Notes under the pieces: model-generated | Databases searched by the model: none | What the model was told of the DNA's origin: nothing | What the model saw: the letters and a program-made list of their open reading frames with translations, nothing else | Virus record (IMG/VR): IMGVR_UViG_3300044641_006843 | Coordinates: 1 to 26,935 of that record | From: a virus | Lineage: Duplodnaviria; Caudoviricetes | Reading direction: 5' to 3' (one strand) | DNA length: 26,935 nucleotides | Shown: positions 6,408 through 13,932 of the stretch, one piece after another | How positions within the stretch are numbered: position 1 is the stretch's first letter | How the letters are laid out: each line of letters opens with the position of its first letter | Program-made: the position numbers and the translations under genes

Positions 6408-6497
6408 ATGCACATCAGCATCAATACGCTAATCGCCATCGCGGCGGCTCTGGACCTCGCTTCCTTCATCGGAATCATCGTCCTCATCGCCCGATAA
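6408..6497 (+). CDS. Small hydrophobic peptide (29 aa)
   Basis: MHISINTLIAIAAALDLASFIGIIVLIAR*; preceded by the shared CACACGAAC-ATG leader and followed by a TTCG hairpin. Confidence 0.65.
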   Translation: MHISINTLIAIAAALDLASFIGIIVLIAR

Positions 6498-6566
6498 CGA
6501 CAGCGGGCCCTTCGGGGCCACACTTTCCCACCACACACACAAACACACACACGGAGAAATACGACA

Positions 6567-7445
6567 ATCAAGACCATCAATAACATCAACTGTAACGTGG
6601 AAATCGCGTCCTTCAACAAGGGCAACACCTACAGCAACGACACTCGCAAGGGCCTGTACGACGGCATCGAGCGTGACCTCAAGGCCATCTGGAACGAGGT
6701 CGCAGGCTTCGACCTGCACAAGGGCTACTACCTCGCCTTCCGCAAGAACGAGGACGGCAGTTGGGGCGAGGACTTCGCGGCCACCATCAAGGTGGACGAA
6801 GCCTACCTCGAAAGCCACATCCGCCGTCGCAACGAACAGATTGAGAAGTGGCTGGAAATCCCGGCCCTCAAGGCTCTCAAGAAGGAAGGCGAACTGTCCC
6901 GCTATCCCACGCACACCTGCAGTATCTTCCAGATTGAGGCCAGCCATGGCTCTCGCTGGAACGAGAAGTGCAAGCTTGTCGTCGGCCCTGACTACGGATT
7001 CGACGTGTTCACGCCCAAGGCTCTGGCCGAAGAGCCGGACCTGCACCCTGTGCACAAGGCCTACAGTTACCTGCAGGACGGCAAGTACAAGCAACTCAAG
7101 ACGGACAAGCCGTATCGCCTCTTCAAGCACTACGTCCAACTGTTCTTCGAGACGCTCAAGGACGTCGAGGCCGGATACAATAAGGCCGAAGAACTCGCCA
7201 AGCCTCACGCCGACTACCTCGCCAAGCTCGAATCGTTCGAGGCCGTGTGCGAGAAGCTCAACGACAAAATCCACAGCCAGCTGAACCCGGATGCCAAGCC
7301 CGAGCACTATCGACGCACCTACGTCGAGGCACGTGAAGACCGCATCTACCTCAGCAACTGCGTACTCAACAGCGAAGAGAACATCGACGTCGCGTCTCAG
7401 ATTCTCGAACTGATTGACAAGCTCAAGTTCGCCAAGCAAAGCTAA
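6567..7445 (+). CDS. Hypothetical early protein (282-292 aa; start GTG 6597 or in-frame ATC 6567)
   Basis: Strong C/G third-position bias; frame is open upstream of the GTG. Confidence 0.85.
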   Translation: MKTINNINCNVEIASFNKGNTYSNDTRKGLYDGIERDLKAIWNEVAGFDLHKGYYLAFRKNEDGSWGEDFAATIKVDEAYLESHIRRRNEQIEKWLEIPALKALKKEGELSRYPTHTCSIFQIEASHGSRWNEKCKLVVGPDYGFDVFTPKALAEEPDLHPVHKAYSYLQDGKYKQLKTDKPYRLFKHYVQLFFETLKDVEAGYNKAEELAKPHADYLAKLESFEAVCEKLNDKIHSQLNPDAKPEHYRRTYVEAREDRIYLSNCVLNSEENIDVASQILELIDKLKFAKQS

Positions 7446-7463
7446 CTTCCCACACACACGAAC

Positions 7464-7745
7464 ATGAAGAACCACAAGTACATCAATCTCAGCGAAATCG
7501 CTGGGGTGAAACCCAACAACAAGGTGACCAAGGTCAACAAGCCTTACATCTCGGTTGTACAAATCCAAGGCGGCGGCTCCGCCAGCGACGAGGTGACCCA
7601 GCGGGCATATGCCCTCAAGGCCCGCTTCGAAGCCGTGAAGAAGGAGTTCGCATCACGCGGAGTCCGTTTCTCGCGACACGTCTGGGCAACCGACGCCATC
7701 GATAAGGCCTTGGCCGACTTGGAAAAAACCCTCAACCTAAGCTAA
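7464..7745 (+). CDS. Hypothetical protein (93 aa)
   Basis: Leader TTCCCACACACACGAAC-ATG; early-type codon bias. Confidence 0.8.
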   Translation: MKNHKYINLSEIAGVKPNNKVTKVNKPYISVVQIQGGGSASDEVTQRAYALKARFEAVKKEFASRGVRFSRHVWATDAIDKALADLEKTLNLS

Positions 7746-7750
7746 CGACC

Positions 7751-8011
7751 ATGCATCTGTACAAGAATCCGTTGCTCGATTGGGCAATCCGCGGCGAGGG
7801 TGAAGCACCCTCGCTGTTCAAGGCCAAGCAACTCCTGCTCATCCTCAATGAGTCGGATACCGACGCCAAGAACCTGCTCATCAACCTCGAAGACCGCCAC
7901 AAGCAGGCCTTGAAAATCAAGGCCGACATCGAGAAGGGCATCGAGAACGTCACCAAGTACGTCAATGAACATCCTAAAAACAAAGAGCAAGGCCCAGCCC
8001 AAGAGTCCTGA
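7751..8011 (+). CDS. Hypothetical protein (86 aa), helical/coiled-coil
   Basis: ACGACC-ATG start context; codon bias. Confidence 0.75.
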   Translation: MHLYKNPLLDWAIRGEGEAPSLFKAKQLLLILNESDTDAKNLLINLEDRHKQALKIKADIEKGIENVTKYVNEHPKNKEQGPAQES

Positions 8012-8180
8012 GGCCCTCAAGCTTTGGCAACTCGCCCGGATTGCGTCCTACCTGCATCAGGAATACGCGTCCTCGAAAGACCCTTACGCCGAGACCCTTG
8101 CTTTGTCCGCACTCGACCTACGCAACCATAGCGTCGAGGCGGCTAAGCGGGCCACCATTTCCACCCAACACAAAGCATGA
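7965..8180 (+). CDS. Hypothetical protein (71 aa)
   Basis: Fills the gap; its TGA overlaps the next ATG. Confidence 0.6.
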   Translation: MNILKTKSKAQPKSPEALKLWQLARIASYLHQEYASSKDPYAETLALSALDLRNHSVEAAKRATISTQHKA

Positions 8181-9028
8181 AGCACTACGACATCCACGGG
8201 GACAACGTCATCAGTCTGAAGATTGAGAACGCCAAGCTCCTTAACCTCAGCGAGTCTGAGTACCGGCCGATGGCCGCGTTGAATCAGTCCTACATCAAGG
8301 ACTGCTACAACGTGTCGCCCTCCTACGCCGAGTACCGGCTCAAGAACCCGGAGATTGGCCCTGCCCTCATCTTCGGCTCAGCCCTGCACCACTACGTGCT
8401 GGAGCAAAGCACGTTCTACGGGCATTACGCAGTCGCACCACAATGCGACCGCCGCACATCGTCCGGTAAGGCTACGTGGGAGGCATTCGTCGCTGAGAGC
8501 GGTGACAAGACCGTGCTCAAGGAGGAGGACTTCCACAAGATTCACGCCATGGCCAAGGCATTGGGCACGTTGTTCCAAAGCACCGCAGTCGGTGCCAAGT
8601 ACGTCGTCGAGCAATGCATCGTGGCCGACGCCGTGGTTACCGAAGGCGAGTTCAAGGGTGCACCGCTACGCCTGAAGGCGAAGTTCGATTGGCTTAGCCT
8701 GTCGGATGACAAGCTCGTGACCAAGGACCTCAAGAGCATCGCCGACATCACGTCGGTGGTGGGAGCCTCGTACAACAACGGTTGGGCGATTCAGTCGGCG
8801 TTCTATTCGGACCTCATGACCGCCTACAAGCCGGTGCCTAACGACTTCTACTACATCCCTGTGAGCAAGGAGGAGCCGCACGACGCCCGAGTGTTCAAGG
8901 TCAGCGACGAGATGCTCATCGCCGGACGTAAGCGTTACCTGTCAGCCATCCACAAGATGCTCTGGTGGGAAGCCAACGGACGCCCGGACACCGCACAGTT
9001 CCACGGAATCGACTACCTCAATGGCTAA
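8177..9028 (+). CDS. RecE / exonuclease VIII-like PD-(D/E)xK nuclease (DUF3799-like)
   Basis: EYRPMAALNQSYIK, FGSALHHYVLE, DRRTSSGK, LKAKFDW, DLKS, QSAFYSD, VSKEEP. Confidence 0.88.
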   Translation: MKHYDIHGDNVISLKIENAKLLNLSESEYRPMAALNQSYIKDCYNVSPSYAEYRLKNPEIGPALIFGSALHHYVLEQSTFYGHYAVAPQCDRRTSSGKATWEAFVAESGDKTVLKEEDFHKIHAMAKALGTLFQSTAVGAKYVVEQCIVADAVVTEGEFKGAPLRLKAKFDWLSLSDDKLVTKDLKSIADITSVVGASYNNGWAIQSAFYSDLMTAYKPVPNDFYYIPVSKEEPHDARVFKVSDEMLIAGRKRYLSAIHKMLWWEANGRPDTAQFHGIDYLNG

Positions 9029-9689
9029 GGATTTCGAATTCAAGGGCATCTGGATTCCGTCACGGGTGTTCCTCGACGCCCGGCTGACCCAATCCGATAA
9101 GTTCCTGTTCGGGGTGATTCACATCCTGTGCAACGAGCGTGGGTGCTTCGCCACCCGCGAGAGCTTGTCCGAGTACATGGGTCAGTCCGTGCGAAACACG
9201 CAGTACAGCATCTGCCGCCTGATTGACTGTGGTTACGTCCGCAAGGACGAGGATGGCGTCCTCTGGGACATCATCAGCCATACTCTGGACCGGGGTGAAA
9301 AGCCTTTCACCGGGGGGGTGAAAGTTTCTTCACCTAAGGGGCGAAAAAATCTTCACCCAGATAGTAATAAGGATGGATACAAGGTTATAGAACAGGCGGA
9401 GGGGTCAGATGAGCCTGTCTTGGTCAATGACTCCTTCATCCGGTCCAATGCCGCCCTAGCGGCCGTCTGGGACCGTTTCCTGTCCTTCCGCCGCTCCCGT
9501 CGCTGGCCCACGAACAACGAGTACGTCGAACGCTGGAATACCTGCTTTGCGTCTTGGGGGGCCGAGAAGGCCGCTCAGGCAGTCGAGCAGAGCCTCCTGC
9601 AGGGCTGGCAGGGCATCTTTGAGCCCAAGAAGGGTTTCCCCTCGAACATTCAACCAAAGACCGACAATGACCACGCCAAAGGGTTCTGA
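9021..9689 (+). CDS. Phage replication initiator (winged-helix N-terminus)
   Basis: FKGIWIP...LTQSDKFL...GCFATRESLSEYMGQSVRN...LIDCGYV; C-terminal WDRFLSFRR...QSLLQGWQGIF; internal iterons; lies upstream of a DnaC-like gene. Confidence 0.85.
   Translation: MAKDFEFKGIWIPSRVFLDARLTQSDKFLFGVIHILCNERGCFATRESLSEYMGQSVRNTQYSICRLIDCGYVRKDEDGVLWDIISHTLDRGEKPFTGGVKVSSPKGRKNLHPDSNKDGYKVIEQAEGSDEPVLVNDSFIRSNAALAAVWDRFLSFRRSRRWPTNNEYVERWNTCFASWGAEKAAQAVEQSLLQGWQGIFEPKKGFPSNIQPKTDNDHAKGF
9292..9357 (+). repeat. Three 20-bp iterons at 23-bp period: probable replication origin
   Basis: GGGGTGAAAAGCCTTTCACC (9292), GGGGTGAAAGTTTCTTCACC (9315), GGGGCGAAAAAATCTTCACC (9338), each with internal dyad symmetry, followed by a more AT-rich tract. 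Confidence 0.8.
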
Positions 9690-10356
9690 GGCACCCCTGT
9701 GCCGTAACTTCAACTGCAACAACCCGGCCCACATCCGGGAGTATGCCGAGAACATCGCCATCTACGAGACGTTGTGCAAGCCATGCATGGTGGCTTGGGA
9801 CAAGATGGTGATGTCCTTTGGCATGCCCAAGAAGCCTAAGCCCGAGACGCCCATGCCTGAGCTCTTCGCCGACACCGACCCTAGTCGGTTGGGCGAGCTT
9901 CAGATGGTGGCTGAGCACTATCTGCCTTCGGGCAAGGGACTGCTCATCCACGGCACGACCCGTAAGGGGAAAACACGTACGGCTTGGTTCATCGCCAACC
10001 GGCTTTGGAACGAGGACAATCACAAGTACAAGTACCTGTTCTTGACCATGTTCGAGCTCGAGGCCCGCATCGCCTCGTCTTGGGGCAACAGTTCGTGGGA
10101 TAAGACGATGCTCCAGATGACCAACGTGCCGTTGTTGTTCCTTGATGACTTAGGCAAAGAGAAGATGACTGAACGCATGGCCTCATGCCTGTTTGCCCTC
10201 GTAGACCAGCGTACGATGCACAAGCGTCCTACGATTATCACTACGAACCTGACCGGAGAGACGTTGCTCGAACGATTCCACGACAAGGAAACGGGTGCGG
10301 CCTTTGTCGCACGGCTCAAGGACTGCGACCTGTTTGAACGCGTAGCCGCCCGATGA
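9667..10356 (+). CDS. DnaC/IstB-like AAA+ ATPase (helicase loader)
   Basis: Walker A GTTRKGKT, Walker B LLFLDDLGKE, PTIITTN, N-terminal Cys pairs (CRNFNC, CKPC); ATG at 9667. Confidence 0.9.
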   Translation: MTTPKGSEAPLCRNFNCNNPAHIREYAENIAIYETLCKPCMVAWDKMVMSFGMPKKPKPETPMPELFADTDPSRLGELQMVAEHYLPSGKGLLIHGTTRKGKTRTAWFIANRLWNEDNHKYKYLFLTMFELEARIASSWGNSSWDKTMLQMTNVPLLFLDDLGKEKMTERMASCLFALVDQRTMHKRPTIITTNLTGETLLERFHDKETGAAFVARLKDCDLFERVAAR

Positions 10357-10520
10357 GCCAGAAGCGTCGCCCTGAACGACTCAAGCCCGGCCTCAAATTG
10401 CTGACGCCACACGAACAAAAAATCGTGGCCAACCACGGCAAAGAGGTGCTCGAAATGTGGAAGTCGTTGTACTCCAAGAACAAATGGACGCCTCAGCCGG
10501 ACATAAAAAAGACGAAATAA
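10353..10520 (+). CDS. Small basic hypothetical protein (55 aa; below track cutoff)
   Basis: MSQKRRPERLKPGLKLLTPHEQKIVANHGKEVLEMWKSLYSKNKWTPQPDIKKTK*; ATGA-coupled to the ATPase. Confidence 0.65.
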   Translation: MSQKRRPERLKPGLKLLTPHEQKIVANHGKEVLEMWKSLYSKNKWTPQPDIKKTK

Positions 10521-10609
10521 AACTTGATTCAAACTACAAAAGCTATTGCATCATCTACCTCGACCCTGTGAAAGCAGGGTATAACCAACGACAACCAACC
10601 AGCACGACC

Positions 10610-10843
10610 ATGATTAACATTGACCACATCAATGCCCGACTCGCCGACCTCCAAAAGGAAATCGACGTCATCAAGGCCGAGAAGCAGAACATCGAGAACC
10701 CGACCATCAAAGGTCTGGGCATCAAGTTCAGCGAACTCGACCTCAGCAAGGCCTCTGCTGTCATCCACCTCCACAACGCCCTTATTGAGCGTATTGAGGA
10801 ACTGACGGCGAAGGTGCAGGCCCTCGAAGCGAAAGCCAAGTAA
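10610..10843 (+). CDS. Coiled-coil hypothetical protein (77 aa)
   Basis: CACGACC-ATG leader; heptad pattern INARLADLQKEIDVIKAEK. Confidence 0.8.
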   Translation: MINIDHINARLADLQKEIDVIKAEKQNIENPTIKGLGIKFSELDLSKASAVIHLHNALIERIEELTAKVQALEAKAK

Positions 10844-10892
10844 GCCCAAGGGGGTGCAAAGCCCCCACCAATTTCCACACACACACACGACC

Positions 10893-11090
10893 ATGAATGC
10901 CATCGAAGAAAAGAAAAACAACCTCAACAAGCACCTCTGCGAGCTTGTGAGTGAACTCAAAGACTACGTCAAAGCCAAGCGAGCCGAATACCGAAAGAAG
11001 CCGGTGTACCTGAAGAAGGACTCCGACGTCTGCGTAGACAAGCTCCGCAACGCCTTTGAGCAGTTCATCGCCGAAACCTACCGCGACTAA
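10893..11090 (+). CDS. Hypothetical protein (65 aa)
   Basis: TTTCCACACACACACACGACC-ATG leader. Confidence 0.75.
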   Translation: MNAIEEKKNNLNKHLCELVSELKDYVKAKRAEYRKKPVYLKKDSDVCVDKLRNAFEQFIAETYRD

Positions 11091-11091
11091 C

Positions 11092-11385
11092 ATGCCCGAC
11101 AAGACCGCACAGTCCTACAACGGCTACGCCAACCACGAAACGTGGGAGGTCGCCAACTACATCTCCAACGACCCGCACCTGTACGACCTGTGCAAGCAGT
11201 TCTACCAATCCGGGTACAAGACGTGGGGTAGCCTCAGCCTTAAGCTTCGCGAGTTCGGACGCCATTGGCAGTCCGTCAACAACCCGATTCGCATCGACCT
11301 GCGTGACCCGCATGTCCGGGCCGCTGAAATCACCAGCCTCCTTAACAGCCTCTTCCATGAAACCAAACAAAACCACCAACGATAA
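11092..11385 (+). CDS. Conserved phage protein with YNG(W/Y)xNxETW motif (97 aa)
   Basis: SYNGYANHETWEVANYISNDPHLY; ATG one base after the upstream TAA. Confidence 0.75.
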   Translation: MPDKTAQSYNGYANHETWEVANYISNDPHLYDLCKQFYQSGYKTWGSLSLKLREFGRHWQSVNNPIRIDLRDPHVRAAEITSLLNSLFHETKQNHQR

Positions 11386-11548
11386 CTCTTCGAAGCTCCT
11401 TTGGGTCAAAGTTCCTGAGCCCCATGCGACGAAGCTGAAGGACACGGCCGAAAAAATCGGAATCTCCCGTGCCGACTTCATGCGTCTCATCCTCATCAAC
11501 TTCGTCACCAACGACAGCAACACCTTCACCATCTCCACCCAAAAATGA
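11357..11548 (+). CDS. Ribbon-helix-helix (CopG/Arc-like) DNA-binding protein (63 aa)
   Basis: LLWVKVPEPHATKLKDTAEKIGISRADFMRLIL: strand-helix-G.S-helix pattern. Confidence 0.7.
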   Translation: MKPNKTTNDNSSKLLWVKVPEPHATKLKDTAEKIGISRADFMRLILINFVTNDSNTFTISTQK

Positions 11549-12297
11549 GTACTAACATCACACCCGAATTCGCGGCCGCATACACAGCCGCGGTAGCCCG
11601 CACCCGTGACGTCGTAGCCGACGCCACCAACCCGTTCCACAAGAACGTCTACGCCACCCTCGGTGCCCACATCGCGGCCACCAAGGCAATCTTCGCTCAG
11701 TACGAACTCGCCATCGTGCAGTTCCCTGTGTCGAACAGCGTCAACCGCGGTGAAATCGGCGTCGAGACCATGGTCATCCATTCGTCCGGCGGTTATTTCT
11801 CCCGCACCATCCTGATGCCTGTCGCTGACGGCGTAAAGGGTCAGGACGTAGGCTCGCTGGTCTCGTACTTGCGACGCTATGCCATCGCTGGCGTTGCGAA
11901 TCTGGCTACTTCTGATGACGACGCAGAGTCCGACCGCGAGGTCCGCACCATCCCTGCTCCCAAGCTCATCCAGCTTCCCAAGGAAGCACCGAAGGCTCCT
12001 GCCGCTCCTGCCCCCAAGGCTCCGGTCGCTCAGGCTCCCATCGTCGCTCCGGGTAGCAACTCCGACTTGGCCAAGGCCCTCGACTTCATCCTGCCTTTTG
12101 GCAAGAACAAGGGCTCACGCCTCGGCGACCTCGCCAAGAACTCGCTCGATTGGTACATTAAGGAGTACCAGCCCAAGCCCTACAACGGCAAGATTAGCGA
12201 CAAGGACATCGCCCTCCGGGAAGCCCTTGACCTGATTCGCGACAACCGCGAGGCCCAGCACGAAGAGGTCATCTCCTCGGACGACGTACCGTTCTAA
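11545..12297 (+). CDS. erf: ERF-family single-strand annealing protein
   Basis: NPFHKNVYATL, QDVGSLVSYLRRYAIAG...DDDA; Pro/Ala linker; LPFGKNKG domain; acidic DDVPF tail. Confidence 0.9.
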   Translation: MSTNITPEFAAAYTAAVARTRDVVADATNPFHKNVYATLGAHIAATKAIFAQYELAIVQFPVSNSVNRGEIGVETMVIHSSGGYFSRTILMPVADGVKGQDVGSLVSYLRRYAIAGVANLATSDDDAESDREVRTIPAPKLIQLPKEAPKAPAAPAPKAPVAQAPIVAPGSNSDLAKALDFILPFGKNKGSRLGDLAKNSLDWYIKEYQPKPYNGKISDKDIALREALDLIRDNREAQHEEVISSDDVPF

Positions 12298-12304
12298 ATA
12301 ACTT

Positions 12305-12376
12305 GGCCTCATCGTTCAACGGATAGGACAAGCGTTTCCTAAACGCTTAATCTAGGTTCGATTCCTAGTGGGGCCA
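12305..12376 (+). tRNA. tRNA-Arg(CCT), canonical
   Basis: GGCCTCA/TGGGGCC, D arm GTTC-AACGGATA-GGAC with A20, AGCGT-TTCCTAA-ACGCT, T arm CTAGG-TTCGATT-CCTAG, A73; CCA not encoded. Confidence 0.95.
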
Positions 12377-12400
12377 TTAACTTTCCACCCGCACACGCAC

Positions 12401-12811
12401 ATGCATAACAGCACAAACACCCAGACCGCACCGGCACCCCGCCAGCGGTATCACCGCAATGTCGGCGACCGCAAGGTCACCCACATCAACGCCGCCCTCA
12501 TCGGGTCCATCGCTGGAAACGAAGTCATCAGCACTTCCGTCGCCAAGAATGTACTCGCTGAACTCGAAGCCATCGCCGTCGCAACCGGCGTGAGCCGCTC
12601 CGAAATCATCCGCGGTGCAGTCATCCGTGAAGTCGCATTCCGGAAGTACTGCGAGGCCAGCAAGGTCAAGGACATCACAGTCCTTTGTGGATACAAGGCG
12701 AGCGACAAGCCCCGCACCAAGGGCGAGGCCACCGACGCCAAGAAGAAGGAAGCCCCGAAGCTCTCCGCCAAACAGCGGAAGTATCTGGAACGCCTTCTCG
12801 CTTCTGCCTGA
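12401..12811 (+). CDS. Hypothetical protein with RHH-like segment (136 aa)
   Basis: ISTSVAKNVLAELEAIAVATGVSRSEIIRGAV; CA-rich leader before ATG 12401. Confidence 0.7.
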   Translation: MHNSTNTQTAPAPRQRYHRNVGDRKVTHINAALIGSIAGNEVISTSVAKNVLAELEAIAVATGVSRSEIIRGAVIREVAFRKYCEASKVKDITVLCGYKASDKPRTKGEATDAKKKEAPKLSAKQRKYLERLLASA

Positions 12812-12831
12812 TACCAAGGCACAGTAACAAC

Positions 12832-12860
12832 AAGGGCCCCACTCGGGGCCCTTTCTGTTT
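12832..12860. terminator. Intrinsic terminator between convergent early and late units
   Basis: AAGGGCCCC-ACTC-GGGGCCCTT then TCTGTTT; A-rich on the left, so plausibly bidirectional. Confidence 0.75.
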
Positions 12861-12940
12861 GTGCAAGGGCGGTACGACCAGCGTACCATTAAGGCTGAGC
12901 CACCCCCACGACACACGCACGGTTTGCACCGGGTGAGACT

Positions 12941-13654
12941 CTATGCTCTCCGCCCTTTAGGGCTGAGCAAGCGGCATTTTACTTCCCTGTGGGTATGCAG
13001 GCCAGCGTACAAGCCGTACGCGATGCCTACGCCGACGCTGATGCCCAAGGCCCACCTGAACCACAACGCCTCGACCACGTCCCTTAGGACAAACGGCGTG
13101 GCGGCACACACGCCAGAAAGCAGGAACATGATGACACCGGCCCTCAGGCCTTTGCCGATGAACGTATTTGCAACCATGAATGCGGCCCCTGCGAATCCGA
13201 ATGCGAGAGCCATAAGCAAGAAAGTGTCTTGGACCTCTTTCCAAGCTTCCTCCTTCTTCATGGCCGAGATGCTGTTCCTCAGGCTTTCATTCTCCCTGTC
13301 CTTGTCTGCGATTACCTTGGCCATCTTGGTGGTCTCTGCGTCCACCTGCTTGGCCTTGGTCTGCTCGGCTTCGAGTGCCTTGGAGTTGGTTATGGTCTTG
13401 TCGAACTTGTCCACCTGTTCGGCCGTAGGCTTCTTGATGCCAGACAGCCGCGTCTCGGTGAGGTCAAGCAACGGCTTGCCCTTACCTTCAACGTTCTTCT
13501 TGGCTACGATGATGGCCGCGGCACCTTCGCTGGCCTCATGCTCAAGCCGGTCAACGTAAGCATCTTTGCTTTTGCTTGGCGGCTCAGGCTGGACGACAGG
13601 CTTGGGTGCTGACCCACAACCGCATAACAGAATGACGAGAGCTAGGTATCTCAT
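12941..13654 (-). CDS. Lipoprotein with coiled coil and C-terminal TM helices; spanin-like (237 aa)
   Basis: MRYLALVILLCGC lipobox, helical periplasmic-type region, three hydrophobic segments; ATGA-coupled to the holin-like gene. Confidence 0.6.
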   Translation of the reverse strand: MRYLALVILLCGCGSAPKPVVQPEPPSKSKDAYVDRLEHEASEGAAAIIVAKKNVEGKGKPLLDLTETRLSGIKKPTAEQVDKFDKTITNSKALEAEQTKAKQVDAETTKMAKVIADKDRENESLRNSISAMKKEEAWKEVQDTFLLMALAFGFAGAAFMVANTFIGKGLRAGVIMFLLSGVCAATPFVLRDVVEALWFRWALGISVGVGIAYGLYAGLHTHREVKCRLLSPKGRRA

Positions 13655-13932
13655 TTGATTCGAAGGACGCGACGCCGGGCCAGCTCCACCACTTCTGGTG
13701 CAAACGTACCGGCCACGGCGTAGATGACCGCCTCGTAAATGGGGGCCACCAAGCCGTGCACCGCGAAATAGCAGATGATACCGATGAGTGCACCGGCTAT
13801 GGTCCTGCGTACCCACACCAGCCAACTATGCTCTTCGTCGCTGATGAGCAGGCGAAGCAAGGCACCCATGGCACCGAGTGCGGCCATGAGCCACCCGCTG
13901 TCTTTTAGGTCATCGAGCGGGTCGGGACTCAT
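13651..13932 (-). CDS. Putative holin (93 aa)
   Basis: Three hydrophobic segments and basic C-terminus (ARRRVLRIK). Confidence 0.65.
   Translation of the reverse strand: MSPDPLDDLKDSGWLMAALGAMGALLRLLISDEEHSWLVWVRRTIAGALIGIICYFAVHGLVAPIYEAVIYAVAGTFAPEVVELARRRVLRIK

Noticed and set aside
6520-6552. CA tracts as microsatellite, phase-variable repeat or CRISPR
   Set aside because: Imperfect, dispersed and tied to gene starts; no repeat-spacer periodicity and no cas genes.
6429-7568. 379-aa minus-strand ORF
   Set aside because: Antisense shadow of strongly codon-biased plus-strand genes.
12305-12376. AGG codon reassignment (e.g. to Met) suggested by the CCT and CAT tRNAs
   Set aside because: The canonical CCT tRNA has Arg identity elements (A20, A73), and AGG falls at Arg-plausible terminase positions (DPYRHG, AAKRV). 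An alignment-based test would be needed to exclude it fully.
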